Shown here: positions 20,129 through 29,942 of the stretch, piece by piece
Numbering within the stretch: position 1 is the stretch's first letter
Layout of the letters: each line of letters starts with the position of its first letter
From: Vulcanisaeta sp. AZ3
GTDB lineage: Archaea; Thermoproteota; Thermoprotei; Thermoproteales; Thermocladiaceae
Direction: 5' to 3'
Assembly: GCA_000960865.2 (NCBI GenBank)
Contig: JZWU02000001.1
Span: 39,160-103,159, forward strand
DNA length: 64,000 nt
The notes under the pieces: generated by a model
Seen by the model: the letters and a program-made list of their open reading frames with translations, nothing else
Told to the model about the DNA's origin: nothing
Databases searched by the model: none
Made by a program: the position numbers and the translations under genes

Positions 20129-21616
20129 CTACACAGAATTTATCATATATTCAATGTCAATATGCTCTTTAATTACCGAAGAAAATCCATCAATTTGCCT
20201 CGATAATAAATCAATACTCGTTAATCTCGCAGATGAACGCTTAGGCAAACCCGCATTCTCTCTAGCAATATTCAGCACAAAATCCCTAAAGCTTGAGTCA
20301 CCTAAGGAATCATGAAGAGTTATGCCAACCACCAAGTCCCCCTCCCTAAACACCCCATCAAATTGCTCCACAGACCTACCATTCCTCTCCCTAATAAGGA
20401 CCAAAGGCTTATCACCAACATACTGAGGCACACCCCTATGTATTTCATAACCCCTAACCTCAACTCCCTCAATCCCATTCACAAGACCCACAGCTCTCGA
20501 TAAAGAAACAACCTTCTCAACACCATACACCGTATTCACATCCACAAAACCAAGCCCATGATAACTACCTGGAATCCCAGCCTCAATACCATGAGGATCA
20601 CTCAATACCCTACCAAGGGCTTGAAAACCACCACAAATACCTAAAATCACACTCGAACCTCTAACCCTCCTAAGAGCCTCATCCATACCAACCCTCCTCA
20701 TCCACTCAACACTAGCAACTACATTCTTAGAGCCAGGAAGTATTACTAAATGAGGCTCTCCGAGCTCTTTAGGACTCCTCACAATCCTAACAGTCACATC
20801 ATCCTCCAACACCAGAGGATACAAATCATTAAAATTAGATATGTATGGATATGCTATTAAGGCTATGTCAAGAGGACCATTACCAATAGGTCTCAAATCC
20901 ATGGAATCCTCAGGCCATAACCAAAGATCATCAACATAAGGCAAAACACCAAGGACAGGCTTACCAGTCTTATCCTCAAGCCACTTAATGGCACTATCTA
21001 ACAACCTTTCATCGCCTCTAAACTTATTTATAATGAAACCCCTAACTAACTTCCTCCACCTAGGCGGTAAAGCCCTCATTAAACCAAGTCCATGTATGAA
21101 TGAACCACCTCTATCAATATCAAGAACAACAAAAACACTAGCTCCAAGCCACTCAGCCGGCCTAAAATTAGCCAAATCTCTACCCGCTAGGTTAGGTTCG
21201 TACGCGGAACCAGCACCCTCACCAACAACAATATCATAATCACTCACAAGCCTCTCAATACTCCTCCTCACAGACCTAATAGCCAAGCTTCTCAACCAAC
21301 CCTCAGTTAAGTATTGATTAAATGTCAATTGAACCCTTGGCCTCCCAAGTATTATGTACTCAGCTTTATCTACGGACATGGGCTTTATTAATATGGGATT
21401 ATGATAAACACTCGGCATTAAACCAGCCACATAAGCCTGCATAGCCTGAGCCAGGGCAATCTCGCCACCTTCAATCGAGGGATAACTATTAAGCGACATA
21501 TTCTGCGCCTTAAACGGAGATGCCCGAAAACCCCTCGACCTAAGTATCCTAAGTAATGCAGCAACTATCACCGTCTTACCTGAATCACTCATTGTAGATA
21601 CTAGGTATATGTTCAT
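20129..21616 (-). CDS. cbiP: Cobyric acid synthase
   Basis: SDSGKT, PFKAQNMSLNS, EGAGS, INKFRGD, GICGGFQ and GYEIH motifs. Confidence 0.93.
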   Translation of the reverse strand: MNIYLVSTMSDSGKTVIVAALLRILRSRGFRASPFKAQNMSLNSYPSIEGGEIALAQAMQAYVAGLMPSVYHNPILIKPMSVDKAEYIILGRPRVQLTFNQYLTEGWLRSLAIRSVRRSIERLVSDYDIVVGEGAGSAYEPNLAGRDLANFRPAEWLGASVFVVLDIDRGGSFIHGLGLMRALPPRWRKLVRGFIINKFRGDERLLDSAIKWLEDKTGKPVLGVLPYVDDLWLWPEDSMDLRPIGNGPLDIALIAYPYISNFNDLYPLVLEDDVTVRIVRSPKELGEPHLVILPGSKNVVASVEWMRRVGMDEALRRVRGSSVILGICGGFQALGRVLSDPHGIEAGIPGSYHGLGFVDVNTVYGVEKVVSLSRAVGLVNGIEGVEVRGYEIHRGVPQYVGDKPLVLIRERNGRSVEQFDGVFREGDLVVGITLHDSLGDSSFRDFVLNIARENAGLPKRSSARLTSIDLLSRQIDGFSSVIKEHIDIEYMINSV

Positions 21617-21763
21617 TGGCAATACCAAACCAATACACCTAGATTAAAACCTAGCCCACTGCATTGAGATTAGACCTCATAGTAATACTGTGTGGAGATC
21701 CCTGTAGGATAAAGGAAAAATTAATTTAAGGCTTTACGTTAATTTATTATAGCTAGGGTGTGA

Positions 21764-22333
21764 ATGATGAATAATACCACATCGGTGAGGAGTTACAGGT
21801 TTTGGGTCGGTATATCCCTAATGGGGCTAGTTATATACCTCATTATTAAATTATATGAAGCCTTATTCCTAAACTTAAGAATACCCGTAGTTACAGTAGA
21901 GCCCGACGGCGTGCTTAGAATAATCGGCTCCATACAGCCATTCACAAACCCCATACTATCCTACGACATAATACTAAGCATGATACTAACAGCATTACTC
22001 TCATCACTGGCATCCATACTAATATACTCATCAATAACTAGACAGAGACAAAATAACGTTACAATTGTGACTAACGAACACACCATAAGTAGTATCCCTC
22101 TAACGACTATGGAAAAGAAAGCCATAACATTAATACGCAAAAAAGGTGGCATGATGACCCAGGCAGAACTCAGCCGAGAACTCAACCTAAGCAAATACCA
22201 AGCCTCAAGACTTGTTAAGAGACTTGAGGCTAAAGGTATAATTGAGAGGAGAAGAGCAGGTGTGACTAATATTTTAGTCCTACGTAATAGTCCTGGCCCT
22301 ACTCTCAACAAGGTCAGTAAGGATGGCGACTAA
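21764..22333 (+). CDS. Membrane-anchored winged-helix transcription regulator
   Basis: Two TM segments followed by MTQAELSRELNLSKYQASRLVKRLEAKG HTH. Confidence 0.8.
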   Translation: MMNNTTSVRSYRFWVGISLMGLVIYLIIKLYEALFLNLRIPVVTVEPDGVLRIIGSIQPFTNPILSYDIILSMILTALLSSLASILIYSSITRQRQNNVTIVTNEHTISSIPLTTMEKKAITLIRKKGGMMTQAELSRELNLSKYQASRLVKRLEAKGIIERRRAGVTNILVLRNSPGPTLNKVSKDGD

Positions 22334-22585
22334 CCTATCTCTCGCACCATTGGCATCAATTATCGCATGCAACCCATTAATAGTCAAGTAGACCCCTGAG
22401 TAATGCTCCCACTTAATGAGCCCCAAACCTCTCAATTCCTCTAAGTAACGTAGCAATCTATCGTATGGAACACCAACCATCATCGCAAGCCTACTTAATT
22501 TATCACAACTCCCCATCTTATCCACGGTTAGTAATATGTCCGCATATATCTCAACCCTAGACCTGGGTCTCTTCCTATACATCAT
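22280..22585 (-). CDS. Small winged-helix DNA-binding protein
   Basis: RSRVEIYADIL...YL.EL..LGLI...YLT.NG pattern. Confidence 0.75.
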   Translation of the reverse strand: MMYRKRPRSRVEIYADILLTVDKMGSCDKLSRLAMMVGVPYDRLLRYLEELRGLGLIKWEHYSGVYLTINGLHAIIDANGARDRLVAILTDLVESRARTIT

Positions 22586-22910
22586 TAAACCTAATAACTC
22601 TGCAACAGTCTTTAACCAAATCGTCAAAAGCAACGTGCAACTATACGGCAACCTCACTGCAACCCTACGATAAAGGTTGTAGTGATAAAGGGAGATTTTG
22701 ATTTTTAGTAATTATGGTAATATAGAGGAGTGTCTCAAACCTACTGTCCAGCATTGTGCAATTGAATTCTCAGCGACTTAAACATCGTAGATGACGTCGA
22801 ATGGTAAACAACTGACTCATATTTACTAACCGCACTGGACTGAAATTGCCCATTTATTGTTGTCACTACTCTAGTCATGGAATACTACTCGACTTATCGT
22901 TACATATAAA

Positions 22911-23552
22911 TTAATGAATCCTCTCAACACAAATAACTACTGACTCCTTATCCCCAACAATAAGCAACTTATCATTAACCTCAATACTCAAATTATCACT
23001 CGTTAGAAGGACCTCACCATCCCTAATAATTAGAGGAATAGCTACCCCACAATCATTTGCAATATCATTCACAACCCTCCCAATGTAAGGAGACTCAGAA
23101 CTTATGACCACATAATAAGCCTGTATATTCTCATCTGAAAATAATAATTGCTTGAACGACGGCCTTATGTAATTAGCAATCTTAGATAATAACGCATCAG
23201 CCACTGATATGGCAGTTACATTCAACTCCATATAAGCATCAAAATACCTCTCCTTATCATGCATTAAGGCTATCATTAATGGAACCCCATGATGCTTAGC
23301 AATTTGGACAGTCCTTAGGTTTGTCTCATCATCATAAAGCATAACCAGTAACTCCGCTTTATCAATGCCCGCCTTAATCATTAGGTCCTCATCTGCTGGA
23401 TCTCCAATGTAGGGATGAGCAGGTACTCCCCTAACGAGCCCTATCTCCTCCTCACTCCTAACCACTATTGAGACCTCATACCCATTACTAACCAAGAACT
23501 TGACTACGGCAATTCCAACATCACCAGCCCCAGTGATTATGGCCTTTCTCAT
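22911..23552 (-). CDS. trkA: TrkA family potassium uptake regulatory subunit
   Basis: ITGAGDVG Rossmann motif, GDPAD...AGI..A, and TrkA-C domain. Confidence 0.88.
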   Translation of the reverse strand: MRKAIITGAGDVGIAVVKFLVSNGYEVSIVVRSEEEIGLVRGVPAHPYIGDPADEDLMIKAGIDKAELLVMLYDDETNLRTVQIAKHHGVPLMIALMHDKERYFDAYMELNVTAISVADALLSKIANYIRPSFKQLLFSDENIQAYYVVISSESPYIGRVVNDIANDCGVAIPLIIRDGEVLLTSDNLSIEVNDKLLIVGDKESVVICVERIH

Positions 23553-23593
23553 AAATTAACAACTTCATGCACTTTATGTAAATTTAAAAACTG

Positions 23594-24559
23594 TTACCTC
23601 AAGTCAACCTGCCTACCATAACCAGATAAAAATCTCTCTAAATCCTCTTCTCTAGGCAGGTTCTCCTCATCCCCCCTCACCATGACCACCAAGGCGGCAG
23701 CAGCAGAAGCTCTTATCATTGCCTTCTCAATATCATAACCCTTAAGCACTGAGGCGAGTAAAACACCTGCATATGCATCACCTGCGCCAATTGGATCCTT
23801 AACAGGAACTTGGAATGCATTCACCTTAACAACTCTACCCTCCCAATTAGCCATGGATCCCCTCACACCTAACTTAAGAATAACCTTATCAATGCCAAAC
23901 CTAGACCTCAATTCCTTAAATATATCATCAGGGTTTGAAGTGTTGAGCAGTAACTTGGCCTCCTCATCGTCTAGGAACAAAATATCAGTAATCCTGAGAG
24001 CACCTAATAATGCGTCCACAGCCTCCTTAACCTCACGCCAAAGCTTTCTCCTAAAGTTAACATCGAAGGATGCAAGAACACCCTTACCCCTAGCCACCTC
24101 CAAACCCCTAATCGTAGTAGACCGTGCACTATCACTAATAGCCAGGGTAATACCAGAAGTGTGAAATACACGAGCTGCACCCACATAATCCTCATCAATA
24201 TCACTGGGATCCATAGCCGACGCAGCACTATACCTCCTATAATAAAGCACATCACTAACACCAGGTATCGGGTAATTCCTTTGCACAAAGTAAATGCCCG
24301 TAGGCCTCTCAGAATCAAACTTAATGTGACTAACGTCAACCCCCTCACCCCTTAACCAATTATAAATGAATAAACCAAACTCATCAAGACCAAGCCTAGT
24401 AATTAAGCCACAATCAACCCCAAGCCTAACAGCCGCAACACAAACATTAGCCTCACTACCAGCAGCATGCTTCTCGAAATAAGAAACATGCCTAAGAGGC
24501 CCATCACTAACAGCATTAAACTGAACAAGAGGCTCACCAACAGCAACAATCTCAGGCAT
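23594..24559 (-). CDS. kdgK: PfkB family sugar kinase, likely 2-keto-3-deoxygluconate kinase
   Basis: AGSEANV, YYRR.SAAS, FDVNFR and DPIGAGDAY motifs; start at ATG 24559. Confidence 0.85.
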   Translation of the reverse strand: MPEIVAVGEPLVQFNAVSDGPLRHVSYFEKHAAGSEANVCVAAVRLGVDCGLITRLGLDEFGLFIYNWLRGEGVDVSHIKFDSERPTGIYFVQRNYPIPGVSDVLYYRRYSAASAMDPSDIDEDYVGAARVFHTSGITLAISDSARSTTIRGLEVARGKGVLASFDVNFRRKLWREVKEAVDALLGALRITDILFLDDEEAKLLLNTSNPDDIFKELRSRFGIDKVILKLGVRGSMANWEGRVVKVNAFQVPVKDPIGAGDAYAGVLLASVLKGYDIEKAMIRASAAAALVVMVRGDEENLPREEDLERFLSGYGRQVDLR

Positions 24560-24670
24560 TGAGAATAAATAACCCTGGAAATTAATAAGGCATACCCCAA
24601 TGGCCTTAGCGCGGAGAAGAATAGAAGAGGAAACAAAAACCTTAAAACCCAACAAACATAACAAAACTCC

Positions 24671-24797
24671 GGGCCCGTAGTCTAGCCTGGTAGGATGCCC
24701 AGGGGCAAAAGCCCTGCACACGCCTGACGATGACGTGAATCAACTTCGTGAATCAGAACGCGGGAGATCCCGGGTTCAAGTCCCGGCGGGCCCACCA
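24671..24797 (+). tRNA. tRNA-Val(GAC) with two introns (29/30: 24701-24721; 37/38: 24730-24758), CCA encoded
   Basis: GGGCCCG/CGGGCCC acceptor stem, TTCAAGT T-loop; splicing restores CCCGC-CT GAC GC-GCGGG; BHB-like motifs at both introns. Confidence 0.93.
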
Positions 24798-24813
24798 AGA
24801 CACCAGCTTAAAC

Positions 24814-25515
24814 TCAATCCTGCAATTCACTATTGATTAATTGATTAATTAAATTAAGCACACCCTCCTGCGTGTACTCACTAGGTGTCAATACCCTAAT
24901 TCCATCCTCCTTAATCCTAGACGCTGTTGTACTGCCTATTGCAATTACAAACTTACTACCAAGCCTATCCCCAACGCATCTCCTCACCGCTTCATAAGTC
25001 ATCGGACTCATAAATACAACATAATCAGCATACTCAATAAGCCTACACGCAAGAGCTGCATTCACCTCATCAATAATCACATCATACACACCATACTCAA
25101 CAACCTCAAAACCCAACTCAGTAAGTCCCCTCCTAATTAAGTCACTACCCCTCATGGACCTAAGAACCACAACCCTACAAGGCCTAAACCCCCTCATGTA
25201 ACTCACAATACCACTACTTGAATACTCACTAGGCATATCGCACGGAAGCCCCAACTCCTTAATTGCGTTACATGTGGTAGGCCCAACACCAATTATCTTA
25301 GTACTACCATCTAACTCACTCCTCAACTTACTACTCATGTACTTAGCCACAAGCGAACTCATAACAATCACATAATCAACTCCAGACAAACGCACACCCC
25401 TAATAACATCCTCATTAGGCACAGTCCTAACAACGGGTATTTGCACCACGTCCAATCCCCGCACCTCAATAGGCCTCACCTTACCCCAAGCCCTCAAAAT
25501 CAAAACCAGCGTCAT
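24814..25515 (-). CDS. hemD: Uroporphyrinogen-III synthase
   Basis: VGPTT, FMSP, AIGSTTA and P.EYT.EG motifs. Confidence 0.85.
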   Translation of the reverse strand: MTLVLILRAWGKVRPIEVRGLDVVQIPVVRTVPNEDVIRGVRLSGVDYVIVMSSLVAKYMSSKLRSELDGSTKIIGVGPTTCNAIKELGLPCDMPSEYSSSGIVSYMRGFRPCRVVVLRSMRGSDLIRRGLTELGFEVVEYGVYDVIIDEVNAALACRLIEYADYVVFMSPMTYEAVRRCVGDRLGSKFVIAIGSTTASRIKEDGIRVLTPSEYTQEGVLNLINQLINSELQD

Positions 25516-25670
25516 AGACAAACACCAAGCCCTACATAGGATTACTCCCTAACGCCCACACTTGATTCTTATACCTACTCACACACCCCCAAGCAATTAT
25601 GGTATTCACAGTGCTCATCATGCATAAATACGATATTCCTCGGGATTCATAATCCAACACCTTCATGAAC

Positions 25671-26072
25671 TCACCTCATCACTATAGAACTTACTAAGAC
25701 CAAAATCAATCCTATTAGAAGTCCCGCATTACCTATGAATAATTGAATTAATGCCAGGACAATCAATGCAATCTTCGTAGACGCACTCACCCTATTATTA
25801 ATAGCTATACCCGTTAGTAAGTATATCATTATGAAAACTAAGATTATCGACATAGTACCGAGCACACCAAACAAGCCGTCCTGAAGAACCAACTCATATT
25901 CCTGCGTAAACGGTAATATCGAGATTAAGGACCCCAATGCACTTGGATTTTGATAATACATCACTTGGAAGTATATTAACATGGCGGCGTTAACAATATA
26001 GAGTATCAACCCAATCCCAATAACCCAAAGCCAAGTCCCAATATTACTCCTCTTACTCATTAAATTAGCCAC
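25671..26072 (-). CDS. Hypothetical membrane protein
   Basis: About four hydrophobic segments. Confidence 0.65.
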   Translation of the reverse strand: MANLMSKRSNIGTWLWVIGIGLILYIVNAAMLIYFQVMYYQNPSALGSLISILPFTQEYELVLQDGLFGVLGTMSIILVFIMIYLLTGIAINNRVSASTKIALIVLALIQLFIGNAGLLIGLILVLVSSIVMR

Positions 26073-26078
26073 AACCCC

Positions 26079-26852
26079 TTAAGTTATAAATATTGCAATT
26101 ATGAAGCCCGCCACAAAACTTAGGAAATGCCCCAATCTATTAATGCCAACACCATCAATAATGAGCACAGGCGGTACCGGGATGAGCAACCATAAAGATT
26201 CATAAACAGTATAAAGTATCAGTAGGAAATTCAACAGGTGCATGGGCTTCTGCGATCCCTTAACCGTGTTTATTAATGAAGCCATCAATACGGAACCCAT
26301 TAAGCCCATCGTCATAGCTGACAAACCGTAAGTTACCACAAGCCTCGCATAGATTAGGGACAGTATTACCGTGGAAATACCAATACCAATAATCCCAGTA
26401 ACCACACTAGTGATTAAATAATACCTAAGCCTAAACTCAAGAATTGCAATTGCAGTCACTAAGATGAATATGGGTAGTGTACCCACAAGATCAACAATAC
26501 TATCAGGTAATAACGAGAGAAATAAGTAAATTATCACATACGCAAACCCCCTAGTAACATTTCGTGTAATTATTGCTAAAGCCTCGTTAAGTATGGCCTC
26601 GGGCCTTACCGTGAATACTGATACAAAGCTAATAAGCAAAATAAGAAACACGACAAATACGTAGGTATAACCCACCCCCAAGCCCCTACGCAACTTTACG
26701 AGCAGTATTATGAAGAGCATGGAGAGTATTAACTCAGGAACCAAGACATAATAGCTTGGCGTGAATAATGATATTAATGAGCTCAAAGCCACAATTATCA
26801 ACACAGCTGGGTAATAAAGCAATAATGTTACCACCCTACGTCTCACACCCAT
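26079..26852 (-). CDS. Polytopic membrane protein, rhomboid-like
   Basis: Multiple TMs with YGLSA (GxSx) and INRLGHFLSFVAG motifs. Confidence 0.6.
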   Translation of the reverse strand: MGVRRRVVTLLLYYPAVLIIVALSSLISLFTPSYYVLVPELILSMLFIILLVKLRRGLGVGYTYVFVVFLILLISFVSVFTVRPEAILNEALAIITRNVTRGFAYVIIYLFLSLLPDSIVDLVGTLPIFILVTAIAILEFRLRYYLITSVVTGIIGIGISTVILSLIYARLVVTYGLSAMTMGLMGSVLMASLINTVKGSQKPMHLLNFLLILYTVYESLWLLIPVPPVLIIDGVGINRLGHFLSFVAGFIIAIFIT

Positions 26853-26890
26853 CAATAATCAAATAAACAAGCAAGCTTTAAGAGTAATGG

Positions 26891-27493
26891 GTGATTGTAA
26901 ACCACGTGAGGATAGTCCTTGTGCTTCACGGCTCCGATGATCAGGAATACATTGAGAGCGTAAGGAGCTTCACAAACAAGGTTGGTGTTCATTACGCCTT
27001 CGCATCATATGCACATCCATTAGTAAATGAAGTCATTGGCGATGTGTACATACCCCTCTTCATTGGTTATGGTAAGGATTACGAAAAAGCAGTGAATACA
27101 AGCGGCTTCTTAACACCACCAATCCTCGAATGGCCAGGCTTTAGGAACCTCCTCCTCAGCCTAGGTCCTGGACTCTACGTATTTCACGGAGAGAATAATG
27201 AAAGATTCAATGAGGAGGCGAGGAATGTCGGTATTAATGACATTGCATTCCTAGCCATAAAACCCACGCTCACAGAATACCTGCATCATGATTGCCCAAA
27301 TAAGGTAATACCCGTAGTACTAACTAGAGGCATTATTTATAGGAAGATTGTAAGTATTGTAAAAGAAACATGCCCCGACACCCACGTAGAGAAACCATTG
27401 CTTGAGCTTGAGGGTTTCGTGAAATACTTCAAGGAATCCCTTAATTGGGTTATAAGTAATACTAGGTGTTTACAGTGCTTGGGCAAACAATGA
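26891..27493 (+). CDS. cbiX: CbiX/SirB-type chelatase
   Basis: LVLHGS, YIPLFI and second FHG repeat; coupled to cbiB. Confidence 0.7.
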   Translation: MIVNHVRIVLVLHGSDDQEYIESVRSFTNKVGVHYAFASYAHPLVNEVIGDVYIPLFIGYGKDYEKAVNTSGFLTPPILEWPGFRNLLLSLGPGLYVFHGENNERFNEEARNVGINDIAFLAIKPTLTEYLHHDCPNKVIPVVLTRGIIYRKIVSIVKETCPDTHVEKPLLELEGFVKYFKESLNWVISNTRCLQCLGKQ

Positions 27494-28434
27494 TTACGCT
27501 GCAGTATTACTTGGCAATATTATTGATTGCAGTGATCATTGACATACTCATCGGCGAGCCCAAAGGACCACTCCTAATGATACATCCAGTTGTGCTTTGC
27601 GGAAGAATTGTGGATAAATTATTTAGGCCAGGTAGTAAGTATTTTGGTGTATTGCTTTGGTTTACATCTGTCATCCCCCTAACATTAACCTACTACTTAC
27701 TGCCACGTGTAATCTTCATGATAAATACCATTGCGGGTATGATAATCTACGCCTACGTACTGAAACTAACATTCTCAATAAAATTAATGAGAGATTACGT
27801 GAAGAAAATACTCAAGAACCTTGAGGCTGGTGATTTGGAGGGGGCCAGGTCATTAACCCAGGAAATTGTTAGAAGAAATGTCTGGAGGCTTGATGAACAA
27901 CACATTATATCTGCGATTATTGAAAGCATGTCTGAATCCTTCGTTGACGGCATACTCTCACCACTATTCTACTACGCAATCCTAGGTCTGCCAGGATCAT
28001 TACTCCAAAGACTATCAAACACGATGGACTCCATGGTTGGTTACAAAGGATGGCCCTACGAAGGGGTTGGATGGTTCTCAGCCATGATAGACACAGTCCT
28101 AAACTACATACCCTCACGAATCTCAGTCATAATATTCACCATATCCTCAGCCCTCCTAGGACTTAACTGGAGGAATAGCGTGAGAGTTGCATTACTAAAC
28201 CACAATAAGGTACCTAGTAAGAATTCAGGCTGGCCCATGGCATCCTTCGCAGGAGCACTTGGCATTACACTTGAGAAGGTTGGGAGGTATAGAATTAATG
28301 ATGGTGCATTAAGTCCCAACATCGAGACGTTAAGGTTATCCCTTAGGTTATTTGATGTCTCGATAATCATTACATTAATAATTATATCACTACTTACAAT
28401 AATAAGGATCTTGTTAATACCCCTCTTTATTTAA
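27490..28434 (+). CDS. cbiB: Adenosylcobinamide-phosphate synthase
   Basis: D..IGEP...HPV, NTMDSMVGY and SKNSGWPMA motifs. Confidence 0.92.
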   Translation: MITLQYYLAILLIAVIIDILIGEPKGPLLMIHPVVLCGRIVDKLFRPGSKYFGVLLWFTSVIPLTLTYYLLPRVIFMINTIAGMIIYAYVLKLTFSIKLMRDYVKKILKNLEAGDLEGARSLTQEIVRRNVWRLDEQHIISAIIESMSESFVDGILSPLFYYAILGLPGSLLQRLSNTMDSMVGYKGWPYEGVGWFSAMIDTVLNYIPSRISVIIFTISSALLGLNWRNSVRVALLNHNKVPSKNSGWPMASFAGALGITLEKVGRYRINDGALSPNIETLRLSLRLFDVSIIITLIIISLLTIIRILLIPLFI

Positions 28435-28616
28435 AGAACATACTTATTCATAATTCAGTTAGGTTTAAAAAGGCCATGCGTAGCAAATCGCTCGCCACTT
28501 CTTATATGTCTTAGATAACCTTTATTTTTTACGTCAAGTTATTTGTCGATTAACATATATTATCTAAGAATAAGCTTTTTATACTAGTTACAGTCATTTA
28601 TTTTTAGTAGATCCCT

Positions 28617-29129
28617 ATGGCATCAATAACCACATCAAGCGAAGAGAAAACAACACCAACTGAAATAGAGAGGCAACTAACTGAACGACAACTCCAAGTT
28701 CTTCAATACCTCCTTAAAAAAGCCGTACCCCTCAAGGTATACACAGTCTATGCCGATCAAGACGAACTCGCCAGAGACCTAGGCATGACTAGACAAGCAT
28801 TAAGTGTCCACCTCAAGAAGCTCAAAGACTTCGGATTAATAAGAACAGGCCGTGAATTTGTCGATGTAACCGATAAAGCACTCAGAGTTTTAAGAATGAG
28901 TTCAAACGAAGCCGTGATACTTGTAAAAGTTACGCCAAAGTACAGGAACATTGCTTACGAGAAGATTAAGGAGCTACCCGTGGAGAAGGCCTACAGAGTC
29001 TCGGGTGATTATGACTTAATACTAATCACTAGGGAGGTGAATGTTAACGACATACTTAGAGTACTGAGCATGATGGAGGGAATTGATGACACAAAGACCT
29101 TCATATCCCTCGAAATACTCAGAGAATAA
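28617..29129 (+). CDS. Lrp/AsnC family transcriptional regulator
   Basis: HTH plus RAM domain (YRVSGDYDL, GIDDTKTFI). Confidence 0.85.
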   Translation: MASITTSSEEKTTPTEIERQLTERQLQVLQYLLKKAVPLKVYTVYADQDELARDLGMTRQALSVHLKKLKDFGLIRTGREFVDVTDKALRVLRMSSNEAVILVKVTPKYRNIAYEKIKELPVEKAYRVSGDYDLILITREVNVNDILRVLSMMEGIDDTKTFISLEILRE

Positions 29130-29240
29130 TTAATTCACCTAATTACATTATTAAAATTAAAATAATACGGACAATGAACCTCCCTAAATTATGCGTTGGA
29201 AGGTTTATTAACAGAACTTATTTAGCATTTTCGTAAAATC

Positions 29241-29942
29241 ATGGAGACAACAAGCCCTGAGGTAAGGGTCGATGCATACATTAGGAATGTCGCCAACGCA
29301 ATAAATAAAGTGAAGAACGAAGGCATTAAGAACGAAATCATTGAAATAGCCGAGGCATACCTAAGAGACTCCATGTACTACCTCTCAAAAGGTGATGTAT
29401 TCACAGCATTAGCAACAATAGCCTACGCCGAAGGCTTACTAGACGCCCTCAAACTCCTTGGTATGACACACTTCACTTGGGATAAAACCGACGAATTAAT
29501 CCAAAGAGCTAGGAATAAGATCTTCGTGGCAGGAACCTTCGAAATAATACACCCAGGCCACATAGCCTACCTACGACAAGCCTGGTCCCTAGGACGCGTT
29601 GTAGCCGTGGTGGCTAGAGACTCAACAGTTAGGAGGGTTAAGAATAGAGACATTGTGATACCAGAAAATCAAAGACTTGAGGTTCTCAGCAACATTATTT
29701 ACGTACACAAGGCAAGACTTGGCTATGAAGGAGACATGTTCAAGGTTGTTGAAGAAGAGAAACCAAGTATAATACTCCTCGGCCCTAACCAACCATTCAA
29801 TGAAGAATTCATCATGAGGGAATTGAGGAGGAGAGGATTAGACAATATCCAAATTATTAGGTTCAATGATTACGTAGACTGCCCACTATGCAGCACAACG
29901 AAAATACTTAAGGCAATAAGCAATAAGTTTAACCAGGAATAA
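29241..29942 (+). CDS. ribL: DUF357-like domain fused to FAD synthase-type cytidylyltransferase
   Basis: AYL.DS.YYL..GD...ALA.IAYAEGLLDA then GTFEIIHPGH and C-terminal CPLCSTT. Confidence 0.8.
   Translation: METTSPEVRVDAYIRNVANAINKVKNEGIKNEIIEIAEAYLRDSMYYLSKGDVFTALATIAYAEGLLDALKLLGMTHFTWDKTDELIQRARNKIFVAGTFEIIHPGHIAYLRQAWSLGRVVAVVARDSTVRRVKNRDIVIPENQRLEVLSNIIYVHKARLGYEGDMFKVVEEEKPSIILLGPNQPFNEEFIMRELRRRGLDNIQIIRFNDYVDCPLCSTTKILKAISNKFNQE

Noticed and set aside
22788-22843. Possible C/D sRNA (TAGATGA...CTGA...CTGA)
   Set aside because: Imperfect C box, 17-nt first spacer and no recognisable C' box.
23594-24721. N-terminal extension of the PfkB ORF
   Set aside because: Extension overlaps tRNA-Val and its promoter; real start at 24559.
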